A stretch of DNA of 64,000 bases from contig JBQLZK010000029.1 of the NCBI GenBank assembly GCA_052168235.1, forward strand, positions 1 through 64,000, given 5' to 3'. The translations under genes and the position numbers were made by a program. The notes under the pieces are model-generated. The model did not search any database and was not told the DNA's origin. It saw only the letters and a program-made list of their open reading frames with translations. Below are positions 26,306 to 35,399 of this stretch, piece by piece. The DNA is from Thainema sp. GTDB taxonomy: Bacteria > Cyanobacteriota > Cyanobacteriia > Phormidesmidales > Phormidesmidaceae. Position 1 is the first letter of the stretch; the number at the start of each line of letters is the position of its first letter.

Positions 26306-26344
26306 AGCCTCCCTTAGGAGCCTTCCTTAGAAGCCTCCCTTAGA
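26306..26344. repeat. 13-bp tandem repeat x3 overlapping the menF stop
   Basis: AGCCTCCCTTAGG AGCCTTCCTTAGA AGCCTCCCTTAGA. Confidence 0.8.
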
Positions 26345-27764
26345 CAAGAGTGTTGAGCAGCGTCGATAGCTTGAGCTGAATTTCGGCTAGTTCTCGTTCT
26401 GGGTCTGAACCCGCTACGATACCGGCACCCGCATATAGTCGCGCCTGATTCGCTTCGATTAGAGCTGAGCGAATCCCGACAATAAATTCACAGTTGCCCT
26501 GTGGATCAAGCCAACCCAGAGGAGCCGCATAGAGATCGCGTTCAAAAGCTTCATATTTGCGGATTTCGCGGCAGGCGTGACGGCGTGGTACTCCAGCTAC
26601 AGCGGGCGTTGGGTGCAAACGCTTCAGAATATCCAGCGGATGCACGGTCGCAGGCAGCTTCGCCCGAATCGGCGTATGCAAATGCTGAATGTTAGACAAG
26701 CGCAGCAAGCATGGGACTGCTGCAGAAAGAGGCTGTAGTCCTATTTCCGTTAGCTTTTGAGTAATAAAATCGACAACTACCCGATGTTCGTGGCGCTCTT
26801 TTTCACTCAGCCGCAGGTGAGTTGCGATCGCACTGTCGGTTTCTGCCGATTTGCTCCGAGGCGCTGAACCCGCTAGCGCATCGGTCACTAACTCGCCATG
26901 ATGGACGCTAATCAACCGTTCTGGGCTGGCCCCAATAAAGCTGTGGCCTTTACCGCTACTCATAGAAAAGATGTAACAACCGGGATAGTGCTGCCGCAAA
27001 TTTTGCAAAGACCGCGTTGGACTAAAAGGCTGCTTAGCCGTCACGTCCACTGCGTGAGCTAGAACGATTTTGTGCAAATCCTGGGCTTCAATAGTTGCGA
27101 TCGCAGACCGCACGGACTGCTTAAAGCACTGAGTTGAAGCTACAGGCTTTTGGATGGGATGCGGTTGTCGAGCCACAGTCGGAATTTTTCGCGTCGCGAT
27201 CCGCTGAATCTGCTGCCACTGATGCCAAATGGATTCGGCTAGATCTGCAATATCTACACTGGCGCTAACAGCTGCATTAGCAACCAGGATGCCAGTATCT
27301 TGATGGCGAACAATTTGCCATCGAGGCAGAAACAGCGTTGCCGCCGGAAAGATCGACTGCACCTGGTGGCTATTGGCAAAAAAGGTAAATCCACCGAAAA
27401 AGCGGGGACCACGGATCGGCAGTGTTTCTGAAGCGTGGGAAACAATATGGGGAGCAGCCTCTTGGACAAACTGCTTTGCCTGACTAAAACGATGCATCGC
27501 TCCCATCTGACTAACGTGACAAACCGCTGCATCGATCGCTACCACTGCCTCCTGTTTATGCGGGTTTTCAAAATAAAAATGCAGCTGATCCGTACGAGCA
27601 AAATGATGCAGCACAACGAGCGGATCAATCATCCCAATTTCAGTTGTGAGGCTAGCAATTTTCGGATGCTGATCCCGAATTGACTGCTGCTGGCAGAAGG
27701 TTAAAAATCGATAGACCTCTTGACATGACTGAAACAGCTCAGAACGGTGGGGAATGACGGTCAT
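26340..27764 (-). CDS. menF: Isochorismate synthase (phylloquinone pathway)
   Basis: HKIVLA, FIGASPERL, ALAGSAPR, LHPTPAVAG, YAGAGIVAGSDP. Confidence 0.92.
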   Translation of the reverse strand: MTVIPHRSELFQSCQEVYRFLTFCQQQSIRDQHPKIASLTTEIGMIDPLVVLHHFARTDQLHFYFENPHKQEAVVAIDAAVCHVSQMGAMHRFSQAKQFVQEAAPHIVSHASETLPIRGPRFFGGFTFFANSHQVQSIFPAATLFLPRWQIVRHQDTGILVANAAVSASVDIADLAESIWHQWQQIQRIATRKIPTVARQPHPIQKPVASTQCFKQSVRSAIATIEAQDLHKIVLAHAVDVTAKQPFSPTRSLQNLRQHYPGCYIFSMSSGKGHSFIGASPERLISVHHGELVTDALAGSAPRSKSAETDSAIATHLRLSEKERHEHRVVVDFITQKLTEIGLQPLSAAVPCLLRLSNIQHLHTPIRAKLPATVHPLDILKRLHPTPAVAGVPRRHACREIRKYEAFERDLYAAPLGWLDPQGNCEFIVGIRSALIEANQARLYAGAGIVAGSDPERELAEIQLKLSTLLNTLV

Positions 27765-28388
27765 GGGTAAATAAATAATACTTTTTGTTTATTTTTATTA
27801 ATGAAGAACTTCGATTTGTTCAGCGATCTTATCCCTGAATTTGGTTGATTATGTGTACACACATGAAACAGCCTGAAAAGATCTTTATTCATATCAGGGG
27901 ACAGACTCAATTCAGTTGTTAACTAAACTTTGGACTTCAAGCAGAACAGCACCGTTAACTCAAGAAACCCAAACTTGAGGAGATGGACTGAGTATGGATT
28001 GAGTAAGCAATTAAGGAAAACAGTTCGCTTGAGTCAAGCATGCTCTCGGCATCCCCAACCACAAGTCTCGCTGTCATGTGGCACTGCCCAAGAAGAATGA
28101 GCAACAGAGCAAGTCTCGTTCATGCAGCAGAGATAGAACAGCTTGCCCAGTTGCTGCACTGGCTCAGCAGCAGGTGCAGAAAAGATTCACCCTGCTTAGA
28201 AACAGCCAGCCTGATCGACATCGGTAGAGACATGAAGTGAGGCTGTTCAATCCGGTGCGTATCAAGGACTAATCCTCCGGCACACTTTGTCTGCCGATTA
28301 GTCTCCCTTCTATAGCAGTAGCCACCTTGATTAGAACATCGATTAGAACATCCGGAAACGCTGAAAACGTTCAAAATGCCTCACGCTC

Positions 28389-30176
28389 TTATTCGTCATC
28401 CAGCCCCGGACGCGGCATCGGTGCAATGCGGGGTCGATTCAACTGTCGCAGCCACCAGCCACCAATCACGGCAATGATCAGCCAGATCCAGCCCGTGAGC
28501 GATTGCAGCAGCAAGAAACCACCAATGGCAAACATCGCGCCAAACAGCAGCATCAGAGCCGCGATCGATTGCAGAATGTTTAGACCTAAATCTTGAGCGG
28601 GCGCGATACCCGTTCGAGCGCGTTGACGGTTCCAACCGGGGCCGGGGGGACGCACTTTGCTGTAGAACCGATCCAGTGTTGCGTCACTTTCAGGTGGGGA
28701 GATCACCATAGCGACAATCCAGACAATGGCTGTGATGACTGAAGTGACCAGTAACCGCAAGCCGAAATCCTCAATGGTGAGCAGAGGCACAACGCTGGTG
28801 ATTAGGCCAACGACAAAGCCGCCTAGCATTGCCGCCAGTTCTGCCGCTGCATTAATTCGCCACCAGAACCAGCGCAGAATTAGCACAATGCCGGGGCCAG
28901 TGCCGATCGCAATCACCAGACGAAACACAGTGGCGACATCCTGTGCGGTGAAAGCTGCGATCGCACCAATCACCGTCACAATCACCGACGCGATCCGGCC
29001 CGATAACACCAGTTCAGCTTGACTGGCATTCGGTCGCATAAAGCGAGCATAGAGATCGTTGGTTAAATAGGACGCACCCCAGTTAATTAATGTTGACACC
29101 GTACTCATAAATGCGGCAATCAGAGAGGCAACGACGATGCCCAGCAAAACTGGCGGTAAAAAATCAGCCATCAGTAACGGATAGCCCAGTTCGCGATCCT
29201 CCAGTTCGGGATAGACGACAATTGCAACCAGGGCGACCAGAATCCACGGCCAGGTGCGGATCACGTAGTGCAGAATATTGAAGAACCAGGCAGACTTTTC
29301 GGCTTCTGCTTCGTCTTTGGCAGCAATCATGCGCTGAATAAACTCGCCGCCGCCGTCGCTGCGCCGGAAGGCCCACCACTGAATGAACACATAGGCAAAA
29401 AATGTGCTGACGCTGATGCCTGCGGCCTCGCTCCACTGAATGCCCCCGGCACTGACATTAAACGGTAAGAAGGAGAGCGTATCCTGCTGAGTGAGTGACT
29501 GAGCCTGTTCCACCAGCGGACGAATGCCACCCACGCTGCTGACAGCTGCGATCGCAACTACGATTGCGCCAAACAATGCTAGGAAAAACTGAAAGAAGTC
29601 GGTCGCAACCACGCCCCAAAGTCCAGCAAAGCCAGAGTAAACCAGAACGAGGATACTAACCCCAATCACGCTCCAGATCTTGCCGCTGTCGCCCGGATTG
29701 AAGCCCAAACTCTGCCAGAGCTGGAGCGCATCCACCACTTTCACCATCGCCAGCATCGCGTAGCCAATGCCAATACAGTTGATAGGTACGGCAAATAGAA
29801 ACGCTTTTGTGCCGCGTAGAACTGCCGCCATTGTGCCGCCGTAGCGCAGTTCCGTCAGCTCGGCATCCGTTAACACTTCCGAGCGCCGCCACAGCCGCGA
29901 GAACACGTAAATCATAAACACATGGGCAATGGCAAAACTCCACCATTCCCAGTTGCCCGCGATGCCGCGTGTGCCGACAACGCCCGCAATATACAGCGGC
30001 GTGTCAATCGAAAACGTGGTGGCGGCCATGCTCGTACCTGCTAGCCACCAAGGGAGCGATCGCCCGGAGACGAAGAAATCCACCAGGCTCCCTGATGCTT
30101 TGCGCGACAGGAATAGCCCCAACGCCAGAGTGAACGCCAGATAGAGCAGGACAATCAGCCAATCAATCAGCAGCAT
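28389..30176 (-). CDS. Sodium:solute symporter family transporter
   Basis: DFFVSGRSLPWW..SMAATTFS, GLWGVVATDFFQ, QRMIAAKDE, AAFMST; many TM segments. Confidence 0.92.
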   Translation of the reverse strand: MLLIDWLIVLLYLAFTLALGLFLSRKASGSLVDFFVSGRSLPWWLAGTSMAATTFSIDTPLYIAGVVGTRGIAGNWEWWSFAIAHVFMIYVFSRLWRRSEVLTDAELTELRYGGTMAAVLRGTKAFLFAVPINCIGIGYAMLAMVKVVDALQLWQSLGFNPGDSGKIWSVIGVSILVLVYSGFAGLWGVVATDFFQFFLALFGAIVVAIAAVSSVGGIRPLVEQAQSLTQQDTLSFLPFNVSAGGIQWSEAAGISVSTFFAYVFIQWWAFRRSDGGGEFIQRMIAAKDEAEAEKSAWFFNILHYVIRTWPWILVALVAIVVYPELEDRELGYPLLMADFLPPVLLGIVVASLIAAFMSTVSTLINWGASYLTNDLYARFMRPNASQAELVLSGRIASVIVTVIGAIAAFTAQDVATVFRLVIAIGTGPGIVLILRWFWWRINAAAELAAMLGGFVVGLITSVVPLLTIEDFGLRLLVTSVITAIVWIVAMVISPPESDATLDRFYSKVRPPGPGWNRQRARTGIAPAQDLGLNILQSIAALMLLFGAMFAIGGFLLLQSLTGWIWLIIAVIGGWWLRQLNRPRIAPMPRPGLDDE

Positions 30177-30202
30177 AGTTTTCGAACGTGTTCCAAGACC
30201 GT

Positions 30203-30306
30203 TAAGTAGGCTGGCATAAATAAATGCATATCTAGAAAACCGGGGGAGCGCCCCTCCGGGCGCTCCCCCGGTTTTCTAGATGCACTTATTTATATGCAGC
30301 TACTTA
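30203..30306. repeat. ~100-bp palindromic dispersed repeat, family A (copy 2)
   Basis: TAAGTAGGCTGGCATAAATAAATGCATATCTAGAAAACCGGGGGAGCGCCC-CTCC-GGGCGCTCCCCCGGTTTTCTAGATGCACTTATTTATATGCAGCTACTTA. Confidence 0.9.
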
Positions 30307-30445
30307 TTGCTAGCAGTCATCATCGCATCATGGCTGAATTTATGGGGGAAGGTGTTGAGAAATTCAAAGCGTGAGGCGTAAGGGCGTCTTGGGTATGTTG
30401 AGCGCAGCGAAACGCCGCATCACCCGATTAATCCATGACCTACCG

Positions 30446-30517
30446 CTCAAAACTTAAAACTCAACATTCAAAACTCAACATTCAAAACTCCTCTCGCCTC
30501 ACACCTCACTCCTCACC
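30446..30517. repeat. Heptamer short tandem repeats (STRR type)
   Basis: CTCAAAA CTTAAAA CTCAACA TTCAAAA CTCAACA TTCAAAA, then CCTCACA CCTCACT CCTCACC. Confidence 0.75.
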
Positions 30518-30593
30518 CTCTCTCTTACGATAGGCTCGCCGAGTAAATAGATCCCGATAGGATAAAAACAGTTTGTATTCTGGGGGTATTCCC

Positions 30594-31160
30594 ATGAAAT
30601 CGATGTTTTCTGGCTGGGTAAAATGTGCGATCGCACTTAGCTTTGGTTTGTTGGCTGCATTCTCGGTGATGATTTCGCCTGCCGCACTAGCGGATGAGAT
30701 GAGCCATTCTGCCGAAGCCGTGATTATGGGCACAACGGACGAAAGTTCGGCTCTCGTAGGCGATGTGCGCTTCTATGAAACCGATGCGGGGCTGAAAATT
30801 GAAGCGGGCGTGGCGGGTGCGCCTCCCGGAAAACATGGATTTCACATTCACGAAAACGGCAGTTGCGACGAAGGTGGCAGCGCGGCGGGCGGACACTTCA
30901 ACCCCGACAACGTGCAGCATGGCTTACTCGTGCAAGACGGGTTTGAAAATGCCCATGCGGGAGACTTGGGCAACATCGAAATTGCCGATAGTGGCGAAGG
31001 AATGCTCGATGTGACCGTTCCTGGATTGGCGCTGAACGAAGGGAAATATGCGATCGCAGATCGAGCGGTCATCGTTCATGCTCAGCCGGATGATTTTGGT
31101 CAACCCACAGGCCATGCAGGCGGACGCATCGGCTGCGGCATCATTCACACTGTTAACTAA
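30594..31160 (+). CDS. sodC: Cu/Zn superoxide dismutase, exported
   Basis: HGFHIHE, AGGHFNP, HAGDLGN, IVH and GGRIGCG ligands all present; signal peptide ending ALA. Confidence 0.95.
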   Translation: MKSMFSGWVKCAIALSFGLLAAFSVMISPAALADEMSHSAEAVIMGTTDESSALVGDVRFYETDAGLKIEAGVAGAPPGKHGFHIHENGSCDEGGSAAGGHFNPDNVQHGLLVQDGFENAHAGDLGNIEIADSGEGMLDVTVPGLALNEGKYAIADRAVIVHAQPDDFGQPTGHAGGRIGCGIIHTVN

Positions 31161-31205
31161 GCACCGAAATGAGAGGCGTACTTGCTTAACGCAACGCTCT
31201 GCATA

Positions 31206-31310
31206 GATCCCCCTATAGCCCTTCGGGCATGGCTTCGCCTAGAAAAAGGGAACTTTGAGCCAGAGTTGAAATAGCCCCTTTTTTAAGGGGGCGGCGACAG
31301 CGGGGGATCA
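31206..31310. repeat. Degenerate cyanobacterial GATCCCCC..GGGGGATC small dispersed element
   Basis: Ends GATCCCCC and GGGGGATC, internal CCCCTTTTTTAAGGGGG; single copy in the window. Confidence 0.45.
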
Positions 31311-31451
31311 TACGGCTATGCTAAATGTGAACGCACGTAGCCCTCTATCATTCTGGCTTAAAGAATAAAATCGGCGGCTTCCCCGTGGGAGCCGCCGACT
31401 CTTATGAGCATTGATTGATTAACGTAATATCGATGGTTACAAACCAGTTCG

Positions 31452-31571
31452 TTAGGCTTCTTTATCCCAAAAGGTCTTAGCTTGCTGAATAGCAGCCTGA
31501 CCAATGTTATAAGCTACCCAGCCGAGAGCTAGTAGGAGTGGAGCAAAGACAACTATGACACGCCAGTCCAT
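31452..31571 (-). CDS. psbY: Photosystem II protein Y; absent from the ORF track
   Basis: Hand translation MDWRVIVVFAPLLLALGWVAYNIGQAAIQQAKTFWDKEA* (39 aa); GGAG RBS; GC hairpin downstream at ~31371-31399. Confidence 0.93.
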   Translation of the reverse strand: MDWRVIVVFAPLLLALGWVAYNIGQAAIQQAKTFWDKEA

Positions 31572-31690
31572 TGCTAAAGATTCCTCCCTATAAGTTTCTT
31601 AAACAGTTCTCATACTTTTAGTTTTAGCTTATTTAAAGCATTTTGGAAATGCCTAAAGCCAAAATGATCTCGCTGTATCAACCAAAATTC

Positions 31691-32242
31691 TTACTTTTCA
31701 GAGCTTCCGGCTGGTGACACATCGGGCGGCAAAAATCCAAGATTGCTGTCCTGACCAGCATGGACTCGCGCTAATTTCTCATATTTCTCCGCGTGATGAA
31801 TCAGATCTTCGGCTTCTTCTAAGGAAAGTTGACGCAGAACTTTACCGGGGATGCCAACGACTAGAGACTGGGGCGGAACATCTTTGGTGACGACTGCACC
31901 TGCGCCGATGATGCTGCCTGTCCCGACTCGTACGCCATTCAGCACCACGGCACCAATGCCCACCATGCTGCCCCGCTCGATATGGGCGCTGTGGACAACT
32001 GCGCGGTGACCAATCGTTACATACTCTTCTAAAACGGTGGGTTGTCCCGGATCGCCGTGCAGGATTGCACCGTCTTGCACGTTAGTGGCTTTACCAATGT
32101 GAATCGCTTCCACATCGCCGCGCACAACGGCTCCATACCAAATACTGGCTCCCTCTGCGATCGCAACTTGGCCCACGACAGTCGCATTTTCGGCCACAAA
32201 TGCCGCCGCAGACGTGTCTGGTTTTGGCCAATAGTCTGTCAT
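31691..32242 (-). CDS. Gamma carbonic anhydrase family (hexapeptide-repeat) protein
   Basis: IWYGAVVRGD, NVQDGAILH, TIGHRAVVH metal-binding His pattern. Confidence 0.92.
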   Translation of the reverse strand: MTDYWPKPDTSAAAFVAENATVVGQVAIAEGASIWYGAVVRGDVEAIHIGKATNVQDGAILHGDPGQPTVLEEYVTIGHRAVVHSAHIERGSMVGIGAVVLNGVRVGTGSIIGAGAVVTKDVPPQSLVVGIPGKVLRQLSLEEAEDLIHHAEKYEKLARVHAGQDSNLGFLPPDVSPAGSSEK

Positions 32243-32573
32243 GACAGTTTTCTCCACACCTGAATTTCACTAACTCACATCTTGCACCTTGGACTTTGAA
32301 AACCCGAAGAGGTTGTTTTGCCGCAGCGATGCGGCGGCAAAACAACCCGTCTGGGTTTTAGTGCAAGATGTGAGACTAATCCTCAAATAATTCTTGATTT
32401 TCAGCGGATCTCTTGAAATCTCCGGCTAGCTGCAATGATACGATGCTGAGGAATCCCTGAGGAGCAGAGCGTCCCCGTTATAATAAAGCCACCGAGCCTC
32501 ATCGATTCTGAGCGCAAGATCGGTGGGTTTTGCTCTCGTTGCCGGTTCGTCTGATCCGAATTTAGAGATTTCA

Positions 32574-33083
32574 ATGAGTAATTCTGCTCTCCAGTACCCA
32601 ATTTTTGGGCCTGAAATTCAATGTCCGCACTGTCGTCAGACAATTCCTGCGCTGACGCTGACGGACACGTATTTATGTCAGCGGCATGGCGCGTTTGAGG
32701 CCAATCCGAAAACTGGCGAGCTGGTGCATTTGCAGTCTGGTCGTCACTGGCGACGCTGGGATGAAGACTGGTATCGCCAGCACACCCATCCAGACGGCAT
32801 TCGGTTTGAGATTCACGAAGCGCTCGATCGGCTTTATACCCAGGGCTATCGAGCCACCCGGATTATCATCGCCAAGCGCTATCGGGATTTGATTCAAGCC
32901 TATCTAGAGCGCAGCGCGCCGTGGCGGGGCCAAATCGATACCACTAAACCCAAGCTCTACGGTCTGCCCGTCGAGTTCAGCCCCGATCCTCAAGAGGAAC
33001 CCTGCTGGGACGTAATTAATTTTGATTTGGAAAAAGAACCGGGTGCGCCAGTGCGCTATCCGTATTTTCGGTTGTTTGAATAA
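32574..33083 (+). CDS. Conserved cyanobacterial protein (TIGR02652-like)
   Basis: LQYPIFGPEIQCPHCRQTIPALTLTDTYLC..YPYFRLFE recognised as this family. Confidence 0.85.
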   Translation: MSNSALQYPIFGPEIQCPHCRQTIPALTLTDTYLCQRHGAFEANPKTGELVHLQSGRHWRRWDEDWYRQHTHPDGIRFEIHEALDRLYTQGYRATRIIIAKRYRDLIQAYLERSAPWRGQIDTTKPKLYGLPVEFSPDPQEEPCWDVINFDLEKEPGAPVRYPYFRLFE

Positions 33084-33520
33084 TGTTGCACCACGTTTCG
33101 ATTCGCACCGCTGATATTCATCGTGCGATCGCATTTTATGAACAGCTCGGCTTTGAGGTGAATGAGCGATTCACGACGGGCATGACGCTGGCCTGCTGGA
33201 TGGAAGGGCTAGGCGGTCGCATCGAGCTGATCCAGGTGCCAGAACCGCGTCCGGCTGCCGATGCCTTCGGTGACGAACACTATACGGGCTACTATCATCC
33301 GTCCTTTGACCTGACGCAGATTACGGACGATTTACCCCAGTGGCTAGATCAACGGGTCGCCAAATTTAAGCAGGCCGCTCAAGAACAGCCGGAGCAGGTC
33401 AAGCCGCTGCACGTTCTTCTCCAACCAACCCAGCAAATGATCGGGGAACATGTTTATGAGGTGGCTTTTATTGCCGACTCGGATGGCCTGCCATTGGAAT
33501 TAATTCGAGTCATGAAGTAG
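33083..33520 (+). CDS. VOC/glyoxalase family protein
   Basis: HHVSIRTADIHRAIAFYE..RIELIQ..DGLPLELI; start overlaps the upstream stop. Confidence 0.9.
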   Translation: MLHHVSIRTADIHRAIAFYEQLGFEVNERFTTGMTLACWMEGLGGRIELIQVPEPRPAADAFGDEHYTGYYHPSFDLTQITDDLPQWLDQRVAKFKQAAQEQPEQVKPLHVLLQPTQQMIGEHVYEVAFIADSDGLPLELIRVMK

Positions 33521-33583
33521 TGCGCCAGCGTTACCGTTTGGAGGGCATCCTAAAAGTACAAGATATCTAACCTAAAACATCCT

Positions 33584-33649
33584 GTAGGGGCGGGTTTAGC
33601 TGATAACGTGCGATCGCAAATCAAACTGATCAACAAAACCTGCCCTAAC
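33584..33649. repeat. GTAG REP-like element, family B (copy 1)
   Basis: GTAGGGGCGGGTTT..AAAACCTGCCCTAAC, preceded by AACATCC. Confidence 0.8.
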
Positions 33650-33697
33650 AACAGGACAAATTATTCAATAGAGCATCCTATAACACCGAAACATCCC

Positions 33698-33764
33698 GTA
33701 GGGGCGGGTTTCGTTAATCACGTTCGATGTGAAATGACCAGTTTTTGGCTAAACCCGCCCCTAC
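33698..33764. repeat. GTAG REP-like element, family B (copy 2)
   Basis: GTAGGGGCGGGTTT..AAACCCGCCCCTAC perfect 14-bp arms, preceded by AACATCC. Confidence 0.85.
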
Positions 33765-33820
33765 AGTAGGTCATGTTTTTGGTAGCTCACCAACGGATCA
33801 ACATTCAGCGAGAGAATTGC

Positions 33821-35296
33821 ATGTCAGGCAGTCCGGCGACACCGTTTAGCGATAATTGGACGTATTTAAAGACCGAGCTTCAGTGGCTAGAAAAATTGCT
33901 GGTGCTTGCGATCGCACGTCGGCGGCAAGACGATAAGGTGGTCAATCGGCTGTCCAAAAATCAGGCCGACAAAGCCACCAGCCATTGGTGGCAGGGCTTA
34001 GTCACGTTTGATCAACAGCCTGCCTATGACGACGCTCCGGCCAAGCAGGCCATGCTCAAAACCGCTGTCGTCAGCACCAGTAAGCCCAGCTACCAGCAGC
34101 AGTTAGAAGCCCGCATTCAGGCCAGCTATCAGCAGGGTATTCTGCTGGGTTTGCCGCTGCTGCGGGATCAGCTCGGACTGAGTCAGTTTGAGAAAAGTAT
34201 TGTGCTGATGGCGATCGCACCGGAAATTAACCAGCGCTACGCCAAGCTATATCAGTCGCTGCAGGCCATTGGCCGCAACTGTGGCTACGATTTGCCGACG
34301 GTGGATCTAGCGCTGCGGCTGCTCTGTCACAATGATCAAGAGTGGCGAGCCGCTCGGATGCGTCTTTCGTCGGATTCACCGTTACTACGGCAGGGCATCG
34401 TAGAGTTTTGCAGTGACCCAGAAGAAGCACTGCTCAATTATCGGCTGAAGCTGGCTCCTGATTGGGTAAATTATTTAATTGCCGATCCGCCAACGGTTGA
34501 GCAAATTCGCAGTCTGCTAGGACACGAGTTACTGTCGAGTCCGCCAGCCACCATTCCAACAACTCAGTGGCAAGATTTGGTATTGCCTGCCGATCTAGTG
34601 GCACAGGTGCGATCTCAAGCTTCTGTGCTTAAGTCTGAAAACTCTGAAACTCAAACGGGTCGAATTCTGCTGCTCACTGGCCAATCCGGCAGCGGCAAAA
34701 CTGCGATCGCAGAAGCGCTTGCCAATGAACATCAGCAACCGCTGTGGCAGGTGGATCTGGCCACGTTATCAACTACCGAGCAGCAGCATCTCTTGCAGAA
34801 TGCCGACTTCCAAACGGCTCCAGTCCTCACCATCGACTCATCTCACCTCTGGTTTGGTCGCCAGTCGTCTCCTCTCCAGTCGTCCCGTTACCAACACCAA
34901 CAGGGGCATAATAGCGAGTCAGAGCCAATCGATTCAGCATTGCTGAACCGCTGGCTGACTCAGCGCCAGCAAACCGCGAGCGTTACCTTCCTGACCACGC
35001 CTTTTCTGCAAAGTATTCGACCTACCTGGCGACAGCAGTTTGATCAGGTGGTGCAGCTTTCCTGCCCTGATGTCGCCGATCGTCAGACGCTGTGGCAGCG
35101 GTACTTGTCTGAAGTTGAAGTCGCTGCTGATTTTGACTGGTCAAATTTAGCTCGCAAAGCCAAGCTAACGGCAGGTGAAATTCAGACCGTCGCCCAAAGT
35201 GCGATCGCACTTGCCCAGCTTGATCAATCTGTTATCCAATGGCAGCACGTTCAGCAGGCTCTCCAACAGCATGGCCATCGCTACCGCCAGCGCTAA
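33821..35296 (+). CDS. AAA+ ATPase-like protein resembling CIS-associated (Afp15/Pvc15-type) ATPases; Walker B degenerate
   Basis: LGLSQFEKSIVLMAIAPE..LPTVDLALRLL..SPLLRQG N-terminal domain, WQDLVLP, Walker A GQSGSGKT, VDLA, LTAGEI; Walker B reads VLTIDS. Confidence 0.75.
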   Translation: MSGSPATPFSDNWTYLKTELQWLEKLLVLAIARRRQDDKVVNRLSKNQADKATSHWWQGLVTFDQQPAYDDAPAKQAMLKTAVVSTSKPSYQQQLEARIQASYQQGILLGLPLLRDQLGLSQFEKSIVLMAIAPEINQRYAKLYQSLQAIGRNCGYDLPTVDLALRLLCHNDQEWRAARMRLSSDSPLLRQGIVEFCSDPEEALLNYRLKLAPDWVNYLIADPPTVEQIRSLLGHELLSSPPATIPTTQWQDLVLPADLVAQVRSQASVLKSENSETQTGRILLLTGQSGSGKTAIAEALANEHQQPLWQVDLATLSTTEQQHLLQNADFQTAPVLTIDSSHLWFGRQSSPLQSSRYQHQQGHNSESEPIDSALLNRWLTQRQQTASVTFLTTPFLQSIRPTWRQQFDQVVQLSCPDVADRQTLWQRYLSEVEVAADFDWSNLARKAKLTAGEIQTVAQSAIALAQLDQSVIQWQHVQQALQQHGHRYRQR

Positions 35297-35303
35297 ACAT
35301 CCC

Positions 35304-35371
35304 ATCGTGGGTCGGGTTTCGTTGACTAATTTTGATTTGAGCCCTAACTTGATAGCTAAACCCGCCCCTAC
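35304..35371. repeat. GTAG REP-like element, family B (copy 3, left arm degenerate)
   Basis: AACATCC..CGTGGGTCGGGTTTCGTT..GCTAAACCCGCCCCTAC. Confidence 0.75.
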
Positions 35372-35399
35372 AGGCGATTTCAGGTTGATTACCCGTCAA

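Noticed and set aside
27765..28388. Short ORFs (28040-28240, 28120-28374) or a structured RNA upstream of menF
   Set aside because: No motifs or RBS; only a weak GACTAATC/GATTAGTC stem and a 12-bp duplication
33541..33770. CRISPR-like tandem repeats
   Set aside because: Only two units, each an inverted-arm REP-like element; no cas genes
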